Source: Alistipes sp.
Lineage (GTDB): Bacteria > Bacteroidota > Bacteroidia > Bacteroidales > Rikenellaceae
Length of the DNA: 64,000 nucleotides
Assembly (NCBI GenBank): GCA_017631275.1
Contig: JAGBTQ010000002.1
Coordinates: 3,680-67,679 of the forward strand
Direction: 5' to 3'
In this document: piece after piece, positions 40,222-49,987 of the stretch
Layout: every line of letters starts with the position of its first letter
How positions within the stretch are numbered: position 1 is the stretch's first letter
Program-made: the position numbers and the translations under genes
Notes under the pieces: model-generated
What the model was told of the DNA's origin: nothing
The model's database searches: none
Seen by the model: the letters and a program-made list of their open reading frames with translations, nothing else

Positions 40222-40265
40222 TAGTAATAAAAGGTAGAAAATATTACTCACTACTCATTAAAAAA
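40222..40265 (+). repeat. 44-bp direct repeat, right of the LRR gene
   Basis: Identical to 37672-37715. Confidence 0.95.
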
Positions 40266-40290
40266 GTTTTTCGCTACTCATTTACAAAAA

Positions 40291-40329
40291 ATAGTAATGG
40301 CGACCGTTTATCGTGGTCGCCATTACTAT
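40291..40329 (-). terminator. Terminator of the symporter gene
   Basis: ATAGTAATGGCGACC / GGTCGCCATTACTAT with an A tract on the left. Confidence 0.8.
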
Positions 40330-40346
40330 TATTATATATATTATCA

Positions 40347-41564
40347 TTATCGCTTCACAAATCTATCCACCACAGCGGCACAAGCAGCGTCGCCAGTGAT
40401 GTTGAGCGTTGTGCGCACCATGTCGAAGATACGGTCGAGGGCGTAGAATAGTGGAAGACCCTCAAGAGGAATGCCCGCAGCAACAAGCACCGCCGCAGCA
40501 AGGAGCGTAGGGCCAGGAACGCCTGCCTGACCGATAGCGCCGAGCGTACACACAACAGTGATTGACACATACTCAGCCATGCCAAGCTCGATGCCGTAGA
40601 ACTGAGCAAAGAAGATGGCAAGTAGGGCGTAGTAAATGGCATTTCCCGACATGTTGATAGTAGCACCAAGTGGAAGCACAAAGCCCGATGTCTGCTTCGA
40701 GATACCCATCTGGTCGCACGCCTCCATATTTACAGGGAGGGTAGCGAGTGATGAGGCTGTTGAGAACGACACCACCTGAGGCTTAACCATAGCACGGAAG
40801 TAGTCCTTGAGCTTAATACGCGAGAAGAGTGCCACAGTAAGAGGGTAGAGGCCCACGCCGATGATAGCCACGGCGATAAGGTCGAGCCAAAGCACGTTGG
40901 CAATCTGCACAAGCATGCCGAAGCCGAATGTTCCCGTTGCGTCGGCAATAAGTCCGAACACGCCGAAAGGAGCCACGAGCATAACCTTGCCGATGCACCA
41001 GATAAGGGCGTCGAGAATGGTGTTAAGACCGCCGACCATCTTTCTACGGCGCTCGTCGCCAAGTGTCGATACGCCAAAGCCGAAGAATAGGCCGAAGATG
41101 ATGATTTGTAGAATGTTACCCTCGGTGAGTGCTGCAATAGGGTTGGCAGGAATCATGCCTATGAGTGTATCCCAGAAGCCCATGGCTGCGGGTGCGGCAT
41201 TGCTCGCAGCAGCACCTCCCGCCTCCGAAATGGCTGCCATGCCCTCGGCGCTAACATGAGCACCAGGCTCGAACAACACGCCGAGAACTATTGCCACGGT
41301 GATAGATATCGCCGTAGTTAGGAGCATATAGGCGATGCTCACGCCACCCACCAAGCCTGCCGAGCGTGTCTCGCCAAGGGCTGCTGCACCGCTGATAATC
41401 GACACCAGCACGAGGGGCACAACGAGCATCTTAATGAGCTGTATAAAGAGGTCGCCAAAAGGCTTAAACATAGCTGCCTCGGGACCCATCACTGCGCCTA
41501 CGACAATACCGATGACCATAGCCACGATAATCCATAGACCTAAATTCTTCAAAAGCTTTTTCAT
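40347..41564 (-). CDS. Dicarboxylate/amino acid:cation symporter (DAACS)
   Basis: FSTASSLATLP, LPLGATINMSG and DRIFDMVRTTLNITGD motifs. Confidence 0.95.
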   Translation of the reverse strand: MKKLLKNLGLWIIVAMVIGIVVGAVMGPEAAMFKPFGDLFIQLIKMLVVPLVLVSIISGAAALGETRSAGLVGGVSIAYMLLTTAISITVAIVLGVLFEPGAHVSAEGMAAISEAGGAAASNAAPAAMGFWDTLIGMIPANPIAALTEGNILQIIIFGLFFGFGVSTLGDERRRKMVGGLNTILDALIWCIGKVMLVAPFGVFGLIADATGTFGFGMLVQIANVLWLDLIAVAIIGVGLYPLTVALFSRIKLKDYFRAMVKPQVVSFSTASSLATLPVNMEACDQMGISKQTSGFVLPLGATINMSGNAIYYALLAIFFAQFYGIELGMAEYVSITVVCTLGAIGQAGVPGPTLLAAAVLVAAGIPLEGLPLFYALDRIFDMVRTTLNITGDAACAAVVDRFVKR

Positions 41565-41694
41565 ATTGTCAGTATATTTGATTGCAAAGATACTACTTTC
41601 ACTCAAAACGTCAATATTTTATTACAAAAATCGAACACTTGGGTTCAACTCTTGATAATTTTTAGTATCTTTACAACATTAAAACAAGCAAGAT

Positions 41695-42402
41695 ATGAAA
41701 CCACGAATTGTTGTATTTACGGGTGCTGGCGTGAGTGCCGATAGCGGCATCTCCACCTTTCGTGACTCTGACGGACTATGGGCAAACTACCGCATAGAGG
41801 ATGTATGTACGCCCGAGGCGCTGAGGCACAACCGTGCTACGGTCATCGAGTTTTACAATATGCGTCGCCGTGAGTCGCTCACAAAAAAGCCTAACGCAGG
41901 ACATCTTGCCATAGCCTCGATGGAGGAGTGGGCAGACGTGACGGTCATCACGCAGAATGTCGATAATCTGCACGAGCAGGCTGGTTCACAGCGTGTTGTG
42001 CACCTGCATGGCGAGCTTATGAAGCTGCGTTCGGAGCGTAACCCTGAGCTTATCTACGACATCAACGACGGCTGGGAGCAGAGTCTTGATGCGCGTGCTG
42101 AAGATGGCGCACTATTGCGCCCACATATTGTCTTTTTTGGTGAGTCGGTGCCTATGTTCGACACTGCGTGCAAGATTGTGTCGGCGGCCGACATACTCAT
42201 TGTTGTAGGCACGTCGTTGGCGGTATATCCTGCTGCCTCGTTGGTCTTCTATGTGCGTGATCGTCAGGTGCCTATCTATCTTGTTGATCCTGGCGAGCCC
42301 GACACGGCAATGATACGCAACCCACTAACACACATCAAGGAGCGTGGTGCTGTGGGCGTTCCTCAACTTGTTGAAATGTTGCGTAATGAGTTTGCGAAGT
42401 AG
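41695..42402 (+). CDS. cobB: NAD-dependent protein deacylase (sirtuin)
   Basis: TGAGVSADSGISTFR, TQNVDNLHE, HLHG and VGTSLAVYPAA motifs. Confidence 0.95.
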   Translation: MKPRIVVFTGAGVSADSGISTFRDSDGLWANYRIEDVCTPEALRHNRATVIEFYNMRRRESLTKKPNAGHLAIASMEEWADVTVITQNVDNLHEQAGSQRVVHLHGELMKLRSERNPELIYDINDGWEQSLDARAEDGALLRPHIVFFGESVPMFDTACKIVSAADILIVVGTSLAVYPAASLVFYVRDRQVPIYLVDPGEPDTAMIRNPLTHIKERGAVGVPQLVEMLRNEFAK

Positions 42403-42904
42403 GGTGGCTAAGCGTGCCGAGGCGCTACGTAAGTTTTGTTGCAAGGAGGGTTACAACACAGATGTTGCTCTCTTTGTCGACCTTGCGCGCCACTCGGGTC
42501 GCAGGCGCTTTGTAGTGTGGAGCTTCGAGCAGAGTGCTCCGATATTTATCTGTCCTGTGAGCCACGGTAGCGGTGCTAAGGAGTCGCACGTGCGCTCAGC
42601 CTATGCCGAGTTTTCCAACGAGGAGGGCTCGCACCTCTCGTCGCTCGGTCGTGCCCTTGTTGCCGAGAGGTATGAGGGTCGCTATGGTGTGGCTTATAGG
42701 CTCGACGGCTTGGAGGAGTCGAACTCGAACCTACGTCTACGCTGCGTGGTGCTCCACGGCTGGGAGCACACCACCTCCTATCCCATCTTTCCCCGCGCCA
42801 CGGTGGGTAGCCACGGTTGCCCGGTGTTATCACGCGCCATGATGCAACGCTTAGATGAAGTGCTGCAACATAGACAAAGAGTTGTAATCGAGATATTTAA
42901 ATAA
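42386..42904 (+). CDS. Murein L,D-transpeptidase catalytic-domain (YkuD_2-like) protein
   Basis: VSHGSG, FSNEEGSHLSSLG and VVLHG...SHGC motifs. Confidence 0.8.
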   Translation: MSLRSRVAKRAEALRKFCCKEGYNTDVALFVDLARHSGRRRFVVWSFEQSAPIFICPVSHGSGAKESHVRSAYAEFSNEEGSHLSSLGRALVAERYEGRYGVAYRLDGLEESNSNLRLRCVVLHGWEHTTSYPIFPRATVGSHGCPVLSRAMMQRLDEVLQHRQRVVIEIFK

Positions 42905-42935
42905 AAATGAGCAACCGTCGGGTTGCTCATTTTGC

Positions 42936-43412
42936 TTATCGCTCCTCGTTGCTCCATGCAGAGTAGGGGTAGGCGCGAAGGTGCGAGTTGTAGTAGCGCT
43001 TTATGCCGGTCACCTCGTCGCCCAGCCACTCGGGACGCATAAACTCCTCGTCGGGCGATTGAAGCTCCACCTCGGCAATCGTAAGCCCGAGATTATCGCC
43101 CAGGAACTCATCTACCTCGAAGGTGTGTCCCTCAAATTCGACAAGGTGGCGATACTTCTCTATAACGCTACCCTCGGCAAGCTGCATGAGCTCTAATGCC
43201 TCACGTAGTGTGATATCCTTCTCCCACTCGAAGCGGCTCAAGCCACCATCTTTCGACGGCCCCTTAATCGTAAGCCACGCCTTGTCGTCGGCAATGCGCA
43301 CGCGCACCGTGCGACGTCCCGAGGCGATGTAGCCCTGCACAAGGTGCATTGAGCGATGTACATAGGGTTTGTAGTCGCCCACAACTCTGAATTTGCGTTC
43401 TATCTCCAGCAT
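42936..43412 (-). CDS. CYTH domain protein
   Basis: EIERKF, VRVR and EVDEF..AEVE motifs. Confidence 0.93.
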   Translation of the reverse strand: MLEIERKFRVVGDYKPYVHRSMHLVQGYIASGRRTVRVRIADDKAWLTIKGPSKDGGLSRFEWEKDITLREALELMQLAEGSVIEKYRHLVEFEGHTFEVDEFLGDNLGLTIAEVELQSPDEEFMRPEWLGDEVTGIKRYYNSHLRAYPYSAWSNEER

Positions 43413-43451
43413 GATGATAAAGCGAAACGTAGAGAATAGTTAACCTTTGTT

Positions 43452-44840
43452 TTACTCCTCGTACTGGAACATAGGATCCCACGATGGAAGCATCACTGGC
43501 TTCTGCTCGAGGAGCTTGAGGGTCTCGGCAGGGATATACTTCTTGTTTACAACAACACGGAACATATACTCCTCAAACCACTCGTCGGTCATAATGAGGT
43601 TGCCTCTCCAGCCCGACTTAGCGCCCCAGCTGTTCTCCACCATCCACTTCTTGGCATTGCCTGCCTCGTCGAGGTCAACGGCAATAAGTGTCATGGCGTG
43701 TGACGAGCCACTTGCGAAGGTGCGCACGCGCTGCTCCTTGTTCATTGGGAACTCAACGCCCATGAGCGACTCGTAGTCGAAGTTAGCGATGTCGAGGGTA
43801 CCCTTCTTCGAGAGTAGGAACTTACCAACGTCGCATGAGAAGTACATAGCCGTGTTGTCCTTGATTGATGCAATGGCGAGCGCCTTAACCTCGTCAATAG
43901 GTAGGTTGAGATATACCCAGTTGTTGCCATCATAGACGTGGCGGTCGTACTCAATCTCATAGACCTTGTGGTACTCGCGTGTAGGGTCGTTCATAACCAT
44001 CACAAAGTCCTTCTCGAGGTTAAGCTCACCAAAATACTCCTTGTAGAACGACTGTGGGGTGTAGGTCTTTGTAGATAGTACCTTGCCGCTCTTGTCGCGC
44101 ATGGTCCACTCAAACTCGGTTGGAGGCACGCCATAGGCACGCACCAACATTTGGTATATCTCCTTAAGCATCTCTGTCTTAAGTGCTACAGGCGCGCGAC
44201 GATCCTTCTGCTCACGAAGCTTAAGGCCATACTCTCTGAGCTTTAGCTTGATGAGGTTCGAGATCTGTGTTGTGTTGTTTGTCTGGTAGTTCTCAGGCAT
44301 AACCTCGGCAGGCACCACGCCATACTTCATCACGAGGTTCGAAACACCAGTGAACTGACCACCGTCGTTAAGTGGGTTCTTGAACAACCACTCCACCTGA
44401 CGATCCTCCATCTTGAGGTGCTTGGTGTCGATAACGGCCTGAAGGAAGAGGTTGCACTTCTCCAACTGGTCGTAGAAGAAGAGGTAGTTGTGCGAGAATG
44501 TCAACTCGCCGAGGTCGTACTCCTCGATCATCTGTGCACGCAACACATTAAGACCTGTGAACAACCAGCAACGACCCGACTGCTGCTGGTCGGTGATGCC
44601 CTTAGTCTTCACGCGGTGCGAGAAGTTGGTGTCGATCATTGCGAGGTTATCGCTATTTGTTGCAAGCGTGGCGATAGGTGTCTGCGCCATGGCGTTGCGT
44701 GCTGCACGGTCGGCAGCATCCTCGGTGTACGATGCACGAATCTCTTTGAGCATAGCCTCGCTGATGCCTCCCGTGTCCTGCTGTGCGCTAAGTGTGCCCA
44801 CTGACATAAGCGCAAGAGCCAAAGTAAATAGTCTTTTCAT
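43452..44840 (-). CDS. Aminopeptidase C / bleomycin hydrolase-like C1B peptidase, exported
   Basis: QQQSGRCWLF, SHAM and VENSWG motifs; signal peptide. Confidence 0.94.
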   Translation of the reverse strand: MKRLFTLALALMSVGTLSAQQDTGGISEAMLKEIRASYTEDAADRAARNAMAQTPIATLATNSDNLAMIDTNFSHRVKTKGITDQQQSGRCWLFTGLNVLRAQMIEEYDLGELTFSHNYLFFYDQLEKCNLFLQAVIDTKHLKMEDRQVEWLFKNPLNDGGQFTGVSNLVMKYGVVPAEVMPENYQTNNTTQISNLIKLKLREYGLKLREQKDRRAPVALKTEMLKEIYQMLVRAYGVPPTEFEWTMRDKSGKVLSTKTYTPQSFYKEYFGELNLEKDFVMVMNDPTREYHKVYEIEYDRHVYDGNNWVYLNLPIDEVKALAIASIKDNTAMYFSCDVGKFLLSKKGTLDIANFDYESLMGVEFPMNKEQRVRTFASGSSHAMTLIAVDLDEAGNAKKWMVENSWGAKSGWRGNLIMTDEWFEEYMFRVVVNKKYIPAETLKLLEQKPVMLPSWDPMFQYEE

Positions 44841-44869
44841 CTCTTGTTAAGTTATTAGTTTATAATTTG

Positions 44870-45325
44870 TTACATTGTAAAGGCTCCTACGATAAGTGCC
44901 CACACCACAAATCTGCCGCACTTGCCCACAAACATCCATAGTGCCGAGGGTAGGAACCGAGCCTTGTAGAAGCCGAGGACTATGGCAAAAACATCGCCCA
45001 CAAACGGCAGCCATGTCATCAGCGCGAGGAGTGCTCCCCACCGCTCAACCTTTGCTCGGTGCCGCTCTATTGTCTCGTGCTTCACTCTAAACCATCGCTC
45101 CAGCCACTCTAGCTTACCAAGCCAGCCCACCCAGTATGATGTTAGGCCTCCGAGCCAGTTGCCGAGGGTTGCCACTGTCACGGTCGCTACGGGATCGCCA
45201 CCGAGGGCAAGCATGCCTATGAGTAGCACGTCGGAGCTAAACGGAAAGACCGTAGCTGCGAGAAATGCCCCGAGAAAGAGCCCTAAATATCCATATTCGA
45301 GTAACGACTCCACAACACTTTGCAT
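44870..45325 (-). CDS. YqaA/DedA (VTT domain) membrane protein
   Basis: FLAATVFPFSS, GNWLGG and WLPFVGD motifs. Confidence 0.9.
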   Translation of the reverse strand: MQSVVESLLEYGYLGLFLGAFLAATVFPFSSDVLLIGMLALGGDPVATVTVATLGNWLGGLTSYWVGWLGKLEWLERWFRVKHETIERHRAKVERWGALLALMTWLPFVGDVFAIVLGFYKARFLPSALWMFVGKCGRFVVWALIVGAFTM

Positions 45326-45550
45326 GGTTTAATGTGGCGAAGTGGGGTGTTAAGAAGACCCTTTTTCCCGCCTTCATGGACAAAGGTATTAAAAAAATAG
45401 ATTAGTAGAGAGAGAAAATGACAAAAAATGTTGGTAATGTGTACAAGATTTGACAAAAATAACTACCTTTGCATATTGAATAGAGTGCCATTGAAAATGG
45501 TAGCGCTTTCGGGAACTGATCCTAAAACTTATAATTAAAGATAAAATCTA

Positions 45551-46495
45551 ATGAAGCGTATTTTGGTTTTGGGTGCCGGTGGTCAGATTGGATCTGAGTT
45601 GGTGCCATATCTTCGCTCAATCTACGGTGCATCGAATGTCCTTGCAACCGATGTTAAGCACAATGCTGTTTTGGCCGAGGCTGGCCCATTTGAGGCTCTT
45701 GACGCTCTCGACGCTAGTCAGTATGCTGAGCTTGTAAAGAAGTACAACATTGACTCTATCTTCAACCTCGTGGCACTTTTGTCGGCTACAGGCGAGAAGA
45801 ACCCTCAGCTTGCTATGCGCATCAACATGGGTGCGTTGGAGAACTCTTTGGAGATCGCTCGCGAGAACAACTGTGCAGTCTTCACTCCAAGCTCTATCGG
45901 TGCTTTTGGTGGTGACTTCCCACGCGACAAGACTCCTCAGGACACTGTTATGCAGCCAAACACTATCTACGGTGTGTGCAAGGTGACTGGTGAGCTTTTG
46001 TCTAACTACTACCACTCACGCTTCGGCGTTGATACACGTTCGGTACGTTTCCCAGGTATCATCTCTAACGTGACTCTTCCTGGTGGCGGTACTACCGACT
46101 ACGCAGTAGAGATCTACTACGAGGCAATCAAGGGTAACAAGTTCGTATGTAACATCGCTCCAGATGTATATATGGATATGATGTATATGCCTGATGCATT
46201 GCGTGCTACAGTTGAGCTTATGGAGGCTGATCCATCTAAGCTTAAGCACCGCAACTCGTTCAACATTGCTGCAATGAGCTTCACACCAGAGATCATTCGC
46301 GAGGTTGTTGAGCGCCACGTGCCAGGTTTCCAGATGGAGTACAACGTAGACCCTGTTAAGGATCAGATTTCACGCAGCTGGCCAAACTCTTTGGACGACA
46401 CTTGCGCACGCGAGGAGTGGGGCTGGAAGCCAGAGTGGGATCTTGAGTCGATGACTAAGGATATGCTTGAAAAAGTTGCTGCAAAACTCAAGTAA
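45551..46495 (+). CDS. NAD-dependent epimerase family, L-threonine 3-dehydrogenase-like
   Basis: GAGGQIG, ALLSATGE, PSSIGAFG, PGGGTTDYA and MMYMPDA motifs. Confidence 0.9.
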   Translation: MKRILVLGAGGQIGSELVPYLRSIYGASNVLATDVKHNAVLAEAGPFEALDALDASQYAELVKKYNIDSIFNLVALLSATGEKNPQLAMRINMGALENSLEIARENNCAVFTPSSIGAFGGDFPRDKTPQDTVMQPNTIYGVCKVTGELLSNYYHSRFGVDTRSVRFPGIISNVTLPGGGTTDYAVEIYYEAIKGNKFVCNIAPDVYMDMMYMPDALRATVELMEADPSKLKHRNSFNIAAMSFTPEIIREVVERHVPGFQMEYNVDPVKDQISRSWPNSLDDTCAREEWGWKPEWDLESMTKDMLEKVAAKLK

Positions 46496-46624
46496 TTTGT
46501 TGTGATAAGGGGTCATCTTCGACCTATCCCAAAAAGTTGAGCACCCGAGGCTGTACGTTTGAGTACTATCCTCGGGTGCTCACTTTTGCGATAAGCCAAA
46601 TCTAACCCCTTCTAACAACAAATT
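46494..46624 (+). repeat. ~130-bp structured element, copy 5 (A type)
   Basis: AATTTGTTGTGATAAGGGG...CCCCTTCTAACAACAAATT; overlaps the TAA stop codon. Confidence 0.92.
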
Positions 46625-46625
46625 T

Positions 46626-46755
46626 ATTTCTCGTGATAAGGGCGCATCTGCCGCCGCTAGCAAAAAGAGTCCCGACAATGGGACGTACGTCAAGTACTAC
46701 CCATCGGTGGCATTTTTGCCGAGTGTAGCACTCGGCACCCTTCTGACAACAAATT
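46626..46755 (+). repeat. ~130-bp structured element, copy 6 (B type), tandem with copy 5
   Basis: ATTTCTCGTGATAAGGG...CCCTTCTGACAACAAATT. Confidence 0.9.
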
Positions 46756-46950
46756 ATTTCACTCTGAAGGAGGTGACAGGGGCTGGGGTAAATGGGAACG
46801 CTGACGCTCGATGGGGGTGATGGGTAACGCTGATGCTCGATGGGAATTATCCTATTTATCCCATCTGTCCCATTCGTCCCATTAAATAAATCTCGTGCGA
46901 AGCACACCTTACCTTTCACTTTTCACTTTTCACCTCTCACCTTTCACCTC

Positions 46951-47544
46951 TTACAGCAGTCCCGCCTTATAGTAGAGCACAATCTGCTCGAGCATGGCAT
47001 CTTCGCCCTTGGGGTCGTACTCCAATTTGAGGTTGTTGCCAAACATGCGGGCAAGAATTTGGTAGAAGTTGGCGGTGAAGCCCGAGCGTATATTCTTGAC
47101 AATATTGAATGCCGTGTGTTTGGTTTCGCGATCGAGGAGCTTGAGCAGAATAACACCCTCGTAGCGCGTCATCTTCCACAGCACGGGCGTGAGTTCCTCC
47201 TTGAGAGCATCCTCCAGCGCCTTGGTATATCCCTTACGATCTTTGCGACGCTCAAACTCTGCTAAGCGCTCGTTCAAATCCTCGAGGCGGCGAGCAGCAT
47301 CTATGGCCAGAGGATAGACCTTCTTAACAGCTACGACCATGCGCTGGTAGCGCTTTATATCCCTATTACGTTTATATATAGGTACGGTCATCACGGTGAT
47401 ATGTAGCGTGGAGTCGCCCTGAGCATTCACCTCCCAGCGTGCCGACTGTGCACCATACACACGCTGCCTACGTGCCTGCGCCGAGCTCTCGGTGGGCAGT
47501 AGGGTGCTAAGCATGAGTAGCAGAAATATCGTGCGTAGATGCAT
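46951..47544 (-). CDS. DUF4294-like exported protein
   Basis: VKKVYPLA, LLKLLDRET and FGNNLKLEYDP segments; signal peptide from ATG 47544. Confidence 0.8.
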   Translation of the reverse strand: MHLRTIFLLLMLSTLLPTESSAQARRQRVYGAQSARWEVNAQGDSTLHITVMTVPIYKRNRDIKRYQRMVVAVKKVYPLAIDAARRLEDLNERLAEFERRKDRKGYTKALEDALKEELTPVLWKMTRYEGVILLKLLDRETKHTAFNIVKNIRSGFTANFYQILARMFGNNLKLEYDPKGEDAMLEQIVLYYKAGLL

Positions 47545-47653
47545 ATTATGAGATATCTTTTCACAAAGATAACGAAATAGTCCGATATTTAATTTTATAT
47601 ATTGAGGAAAATCACTATTTTTGTAGTAGAGAAACAATTAAAATTGAAATATT

Positions 47654-48025
47654 ATGCTTGAAGTAGGACTAAAACACAACAGCGTGATGCGTGTTGAGGC
47701 TGGCAACACTGCCGAGTTTATCGGCTCTGGCGACATGGCTGTGCTTGCAACACCTGCGATGGTTGCACTTATGGAGAATGCAGCAATGCTTGCTGTGGCG
47801 TTGCACCTTGGCGAGGGCGAGACAACAGTGGGCTCTATGATTTCTACATCGCACCTTAAGCCTTCGAAGGTGGGTAATATTGTTGAGGCGCGTGCCGAAC
47901 TTACGGAGGTTGATGGCCGTAAACTTACCTTTAAGATCTCGGCTTACGATGGCGAGACGCTCATCGGCGAGGGTGACCATGTACGTTTTGTGGTAAATCG
48001 CGAGAAGTTCCTATCTAAGCTATAG
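47654..48025 (+). CDS. Hotdog-fold thioesterase (FlK-like)
   Basis: GSGDMAVLATPAMVALMENAA, TTVG and GEGDHVRF motifs. Confidence 0.9.
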   Translation: MLEVGLKHNSVMRVEAGNTAEFIGSGDMAVLATPAMVALMENAAMLAVALHLGEGETTVGSMISTSHLKPSKVGNIVEARAELTEVDGRKLTFKISAYDGETLIGEGDHVRFVVNREKFLSKL

Positions 48026-48030
48026 AATAT

Positions 48031-48159
48031 AAAAAAGGCTGATGCGTATTCCCCCATAAGCAACCAAATTATAAAATCCAAAGGAAAGCTTATAACCCCA
48101 ATTGGCTGCTATATACGCACCAGCACTAAAATATGGTTAAGCACTATTGTGTTAACTGC
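48031..48159 (-). ncRNA. Candidate intergenic small RNA
   Basis: Minus-strand TACCTTTG promoter (48164-48171), a 5' hairpin, and a long 3' hairpin ending in U6. Confidence 0.5.
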
Positions 48160-48271
48160 GGTGCAAAGGTAGTGTAATACACGTAGTTAGGCAATAGCTG
48201 TATTACTGAATGTATAACCATTTTTACTACATGAACGATAACTACGTCGTTCACTAATACTTTTTGGGGTT

Positions 48272-49165
48272 ATGAGTAATGATCACGTTACTGCATTTGA
48301 TACGGTAAACGCCGTAACTGAATATCTTGGCGTTCAGTCGTCAAACGATCTTGTTAGTGTAATCAGCTTAGAGGAAGTAGGCACCGTAACGCATGTCGTT
48401 AAGCGTTTTGGATTGTATTGTGTGACATGTGTCTTTGAGGAAGATGCCAATGCTGGATATGCCGCACGTCTCTATTTTACCAAGCCAGGTCAGTATGGAC
48501 GCTATAGCTCGGGGGTTTCAGCGCCATCTAAGGGTTGGTTGCTATGTTTCCACCCCGACGTGTTGCAGGGAACACTCCTTGCTAATCGCATGTCGGACTA
48601 CTACTTCTTTGGTGAGCTTCACTCAATGCCGATGTATCTTGATGCCGATGAGTTGCAGCTTGTAGATAATTGCATGCGCTCGATTCGTACAGAGCAGTAT
48701 CATGAAATCGACCGATATACTAATCGTATTATCGTCTCAGGCATTGCTGTCCTTCTTACGCAATGTCTGCGTTTCTATGACCGTCGTGATCATGATAAGG
48801 TTGTTCGAAATAATGATATTATGCGTCGTGTGGATATGTTGCTAAACGACCATTTTTCATCACCTAAAAATCATAAGATGCTGCCTACGGTTGCCTGGTG
48901 TGCCGAGAAACTAAGTATATCGGCTAATTATCTTGGCGACCTTATGCGTAAGTATGGCAACGTCTCGGCGCAGGAGCATATCCACAGACGCATTGTTGAG
49001 GAGATTAAGATATATCTCGAGCGCGAAAACTGCTCGATAGGTCACATTGCCTATGTGCTTGGTTTTAAGCACCCTCACCACCTATCTCGTCTTTTCCGCA
49101 AGGCCGAGGGGTGTACGCCAATAGAGTATCGTCAGCGTTTTCATAATAGGGATATTGAAGAGTAA
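48272..49165 (+). CDS. AraC family transcriptional regulator
   Basis: C-terminal LPTVAWCAEKLSISANYLGD...IAYVLGFKHPHHLSRLFRK..GCTPIEYR. Confidence 0.93.
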   Translation: MSNDHVTAFDTVNAVTEYLGVQSSNDLVSVISLEEVGTVTHVVKRFGLYCVTCVFEEDANAGYAARLYFTKPGQYGRYSSGVSAPSKGWLLCFHPDVLQGTLLANRMSDYYFFGELHSMPMYLDADELQLVDNCMRSIRTEQYHEIDRYTNRIIVSGIAVLLTQCLRFYDRRDHDKVVRNNDIMRRVDMLLNDHFSSPKNHKMLPTVAWCAEKLSISANYLGDLMRKYGNVSAQEHIHRRIVEEIKIYLERENCSIGHIAYVLGFKHPHHLSRLFRKAEGCTPIEYRQRFHNRDIEE

Positions 49166-49259
49166 CCCCACCGAAACGTTGAGGTTGGAGTAACATGGTG
49201 GCTAAAATTTTGCTAATTAAAAAAAATAGACTATCTTTGCACCGCTTACGAGCAACGAT

Positions 49260-49333
49260 TGAGCTATGGTGTAACGGTAACACAGCAGATTTTGGTTCTG
49301 TTATTCTGAGTTCGAATCTCGGTAGCTCAACCA
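49260..49333 (+). tRNA. tRNA-Gln (TTG)
   Basis: Acceptor TGAGCTA/TAGCTCA, anticodon arm GCAGA-TTTTGGT-TCTGT, encoded CCA, downstream terminator. Confidence 0.96.
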
Positions 49334-49417
49334 CAAAGAAAGCCGACCAAATTATTTTGGTTGGCTTTTTTTGTATTTATTGTGATAAGCCGCACTCTGC
49401 GACAAACCACAAGAAAT

Positions 49418-49987
49418 CTAGTTGCTTATCTTCGGAATTTTATATTTGCGTAGTTCGGCGTTGAGCTCTTGTTCTTTATGCTCGACAAGCGAGTTAAGCA
49501 ACGCATGAAATGCTGCGGAGTGGTTGTGATGGCGTGTGTGGCAGAGCTCGTGAAGGAGTATAAACTCGCGAAGGTGCTCGGGTAGCATCATCACAAACAT
49601 AGATATAGATATGCCATTGCGTCCGCTGCACGACCCCCAGCGGGTGTGTGCCGAGGAGATGCGTAGCGTGGTGTAGCTAAAGCCATGCTTCGAGGCAAGG
49701 TGACGAAGCGCGGTGGGGATATATGCTCGTGCCTCGCGGCGTAGGCGCTCAACATCTTGTGGCGTAATAGTCGGGTAGCTTGCTCGGCGCTCAGCAAGGC
49801 GTTGGCGTGTAAGTTCAATCCACTCTCGGCGGCTCTCGGCAAAGGCTATGGCACGACTGCGATTAGCAAATATCGGGTAGCTAAGGCGCAGACTACCATC
49901 GCCACGCACAACAAGACGAATAGAGCGTGCTCGCACTGAACGAACACACTCTATTACTCCAAGCGTAGGGTGGTGCACCAAGCCCAT
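49418..49987 (-). CDS. YgjP/DUF45 family zinc-dependent hydrolase
   Basis: TRWGSCS and LHELCH..HHNHSAAF motifs. Confidence 0.9.
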   Translation of the reverse strand: MGLVHHPTLGVIECVRSVRARSIRLVVRGDGSLRLSYPIFANRSRAIAFAESRREWIELTRQRLAERRASYPTITPQDVERLRREARAYIPTALRHLASKHGFSYTTLRISSAHTRWGSCSGRNGISISMFVMMLPEHLREFILLHELCHTRHHNHSAAFHALLNSLVEHKEQELNAELRKYKIPKISN

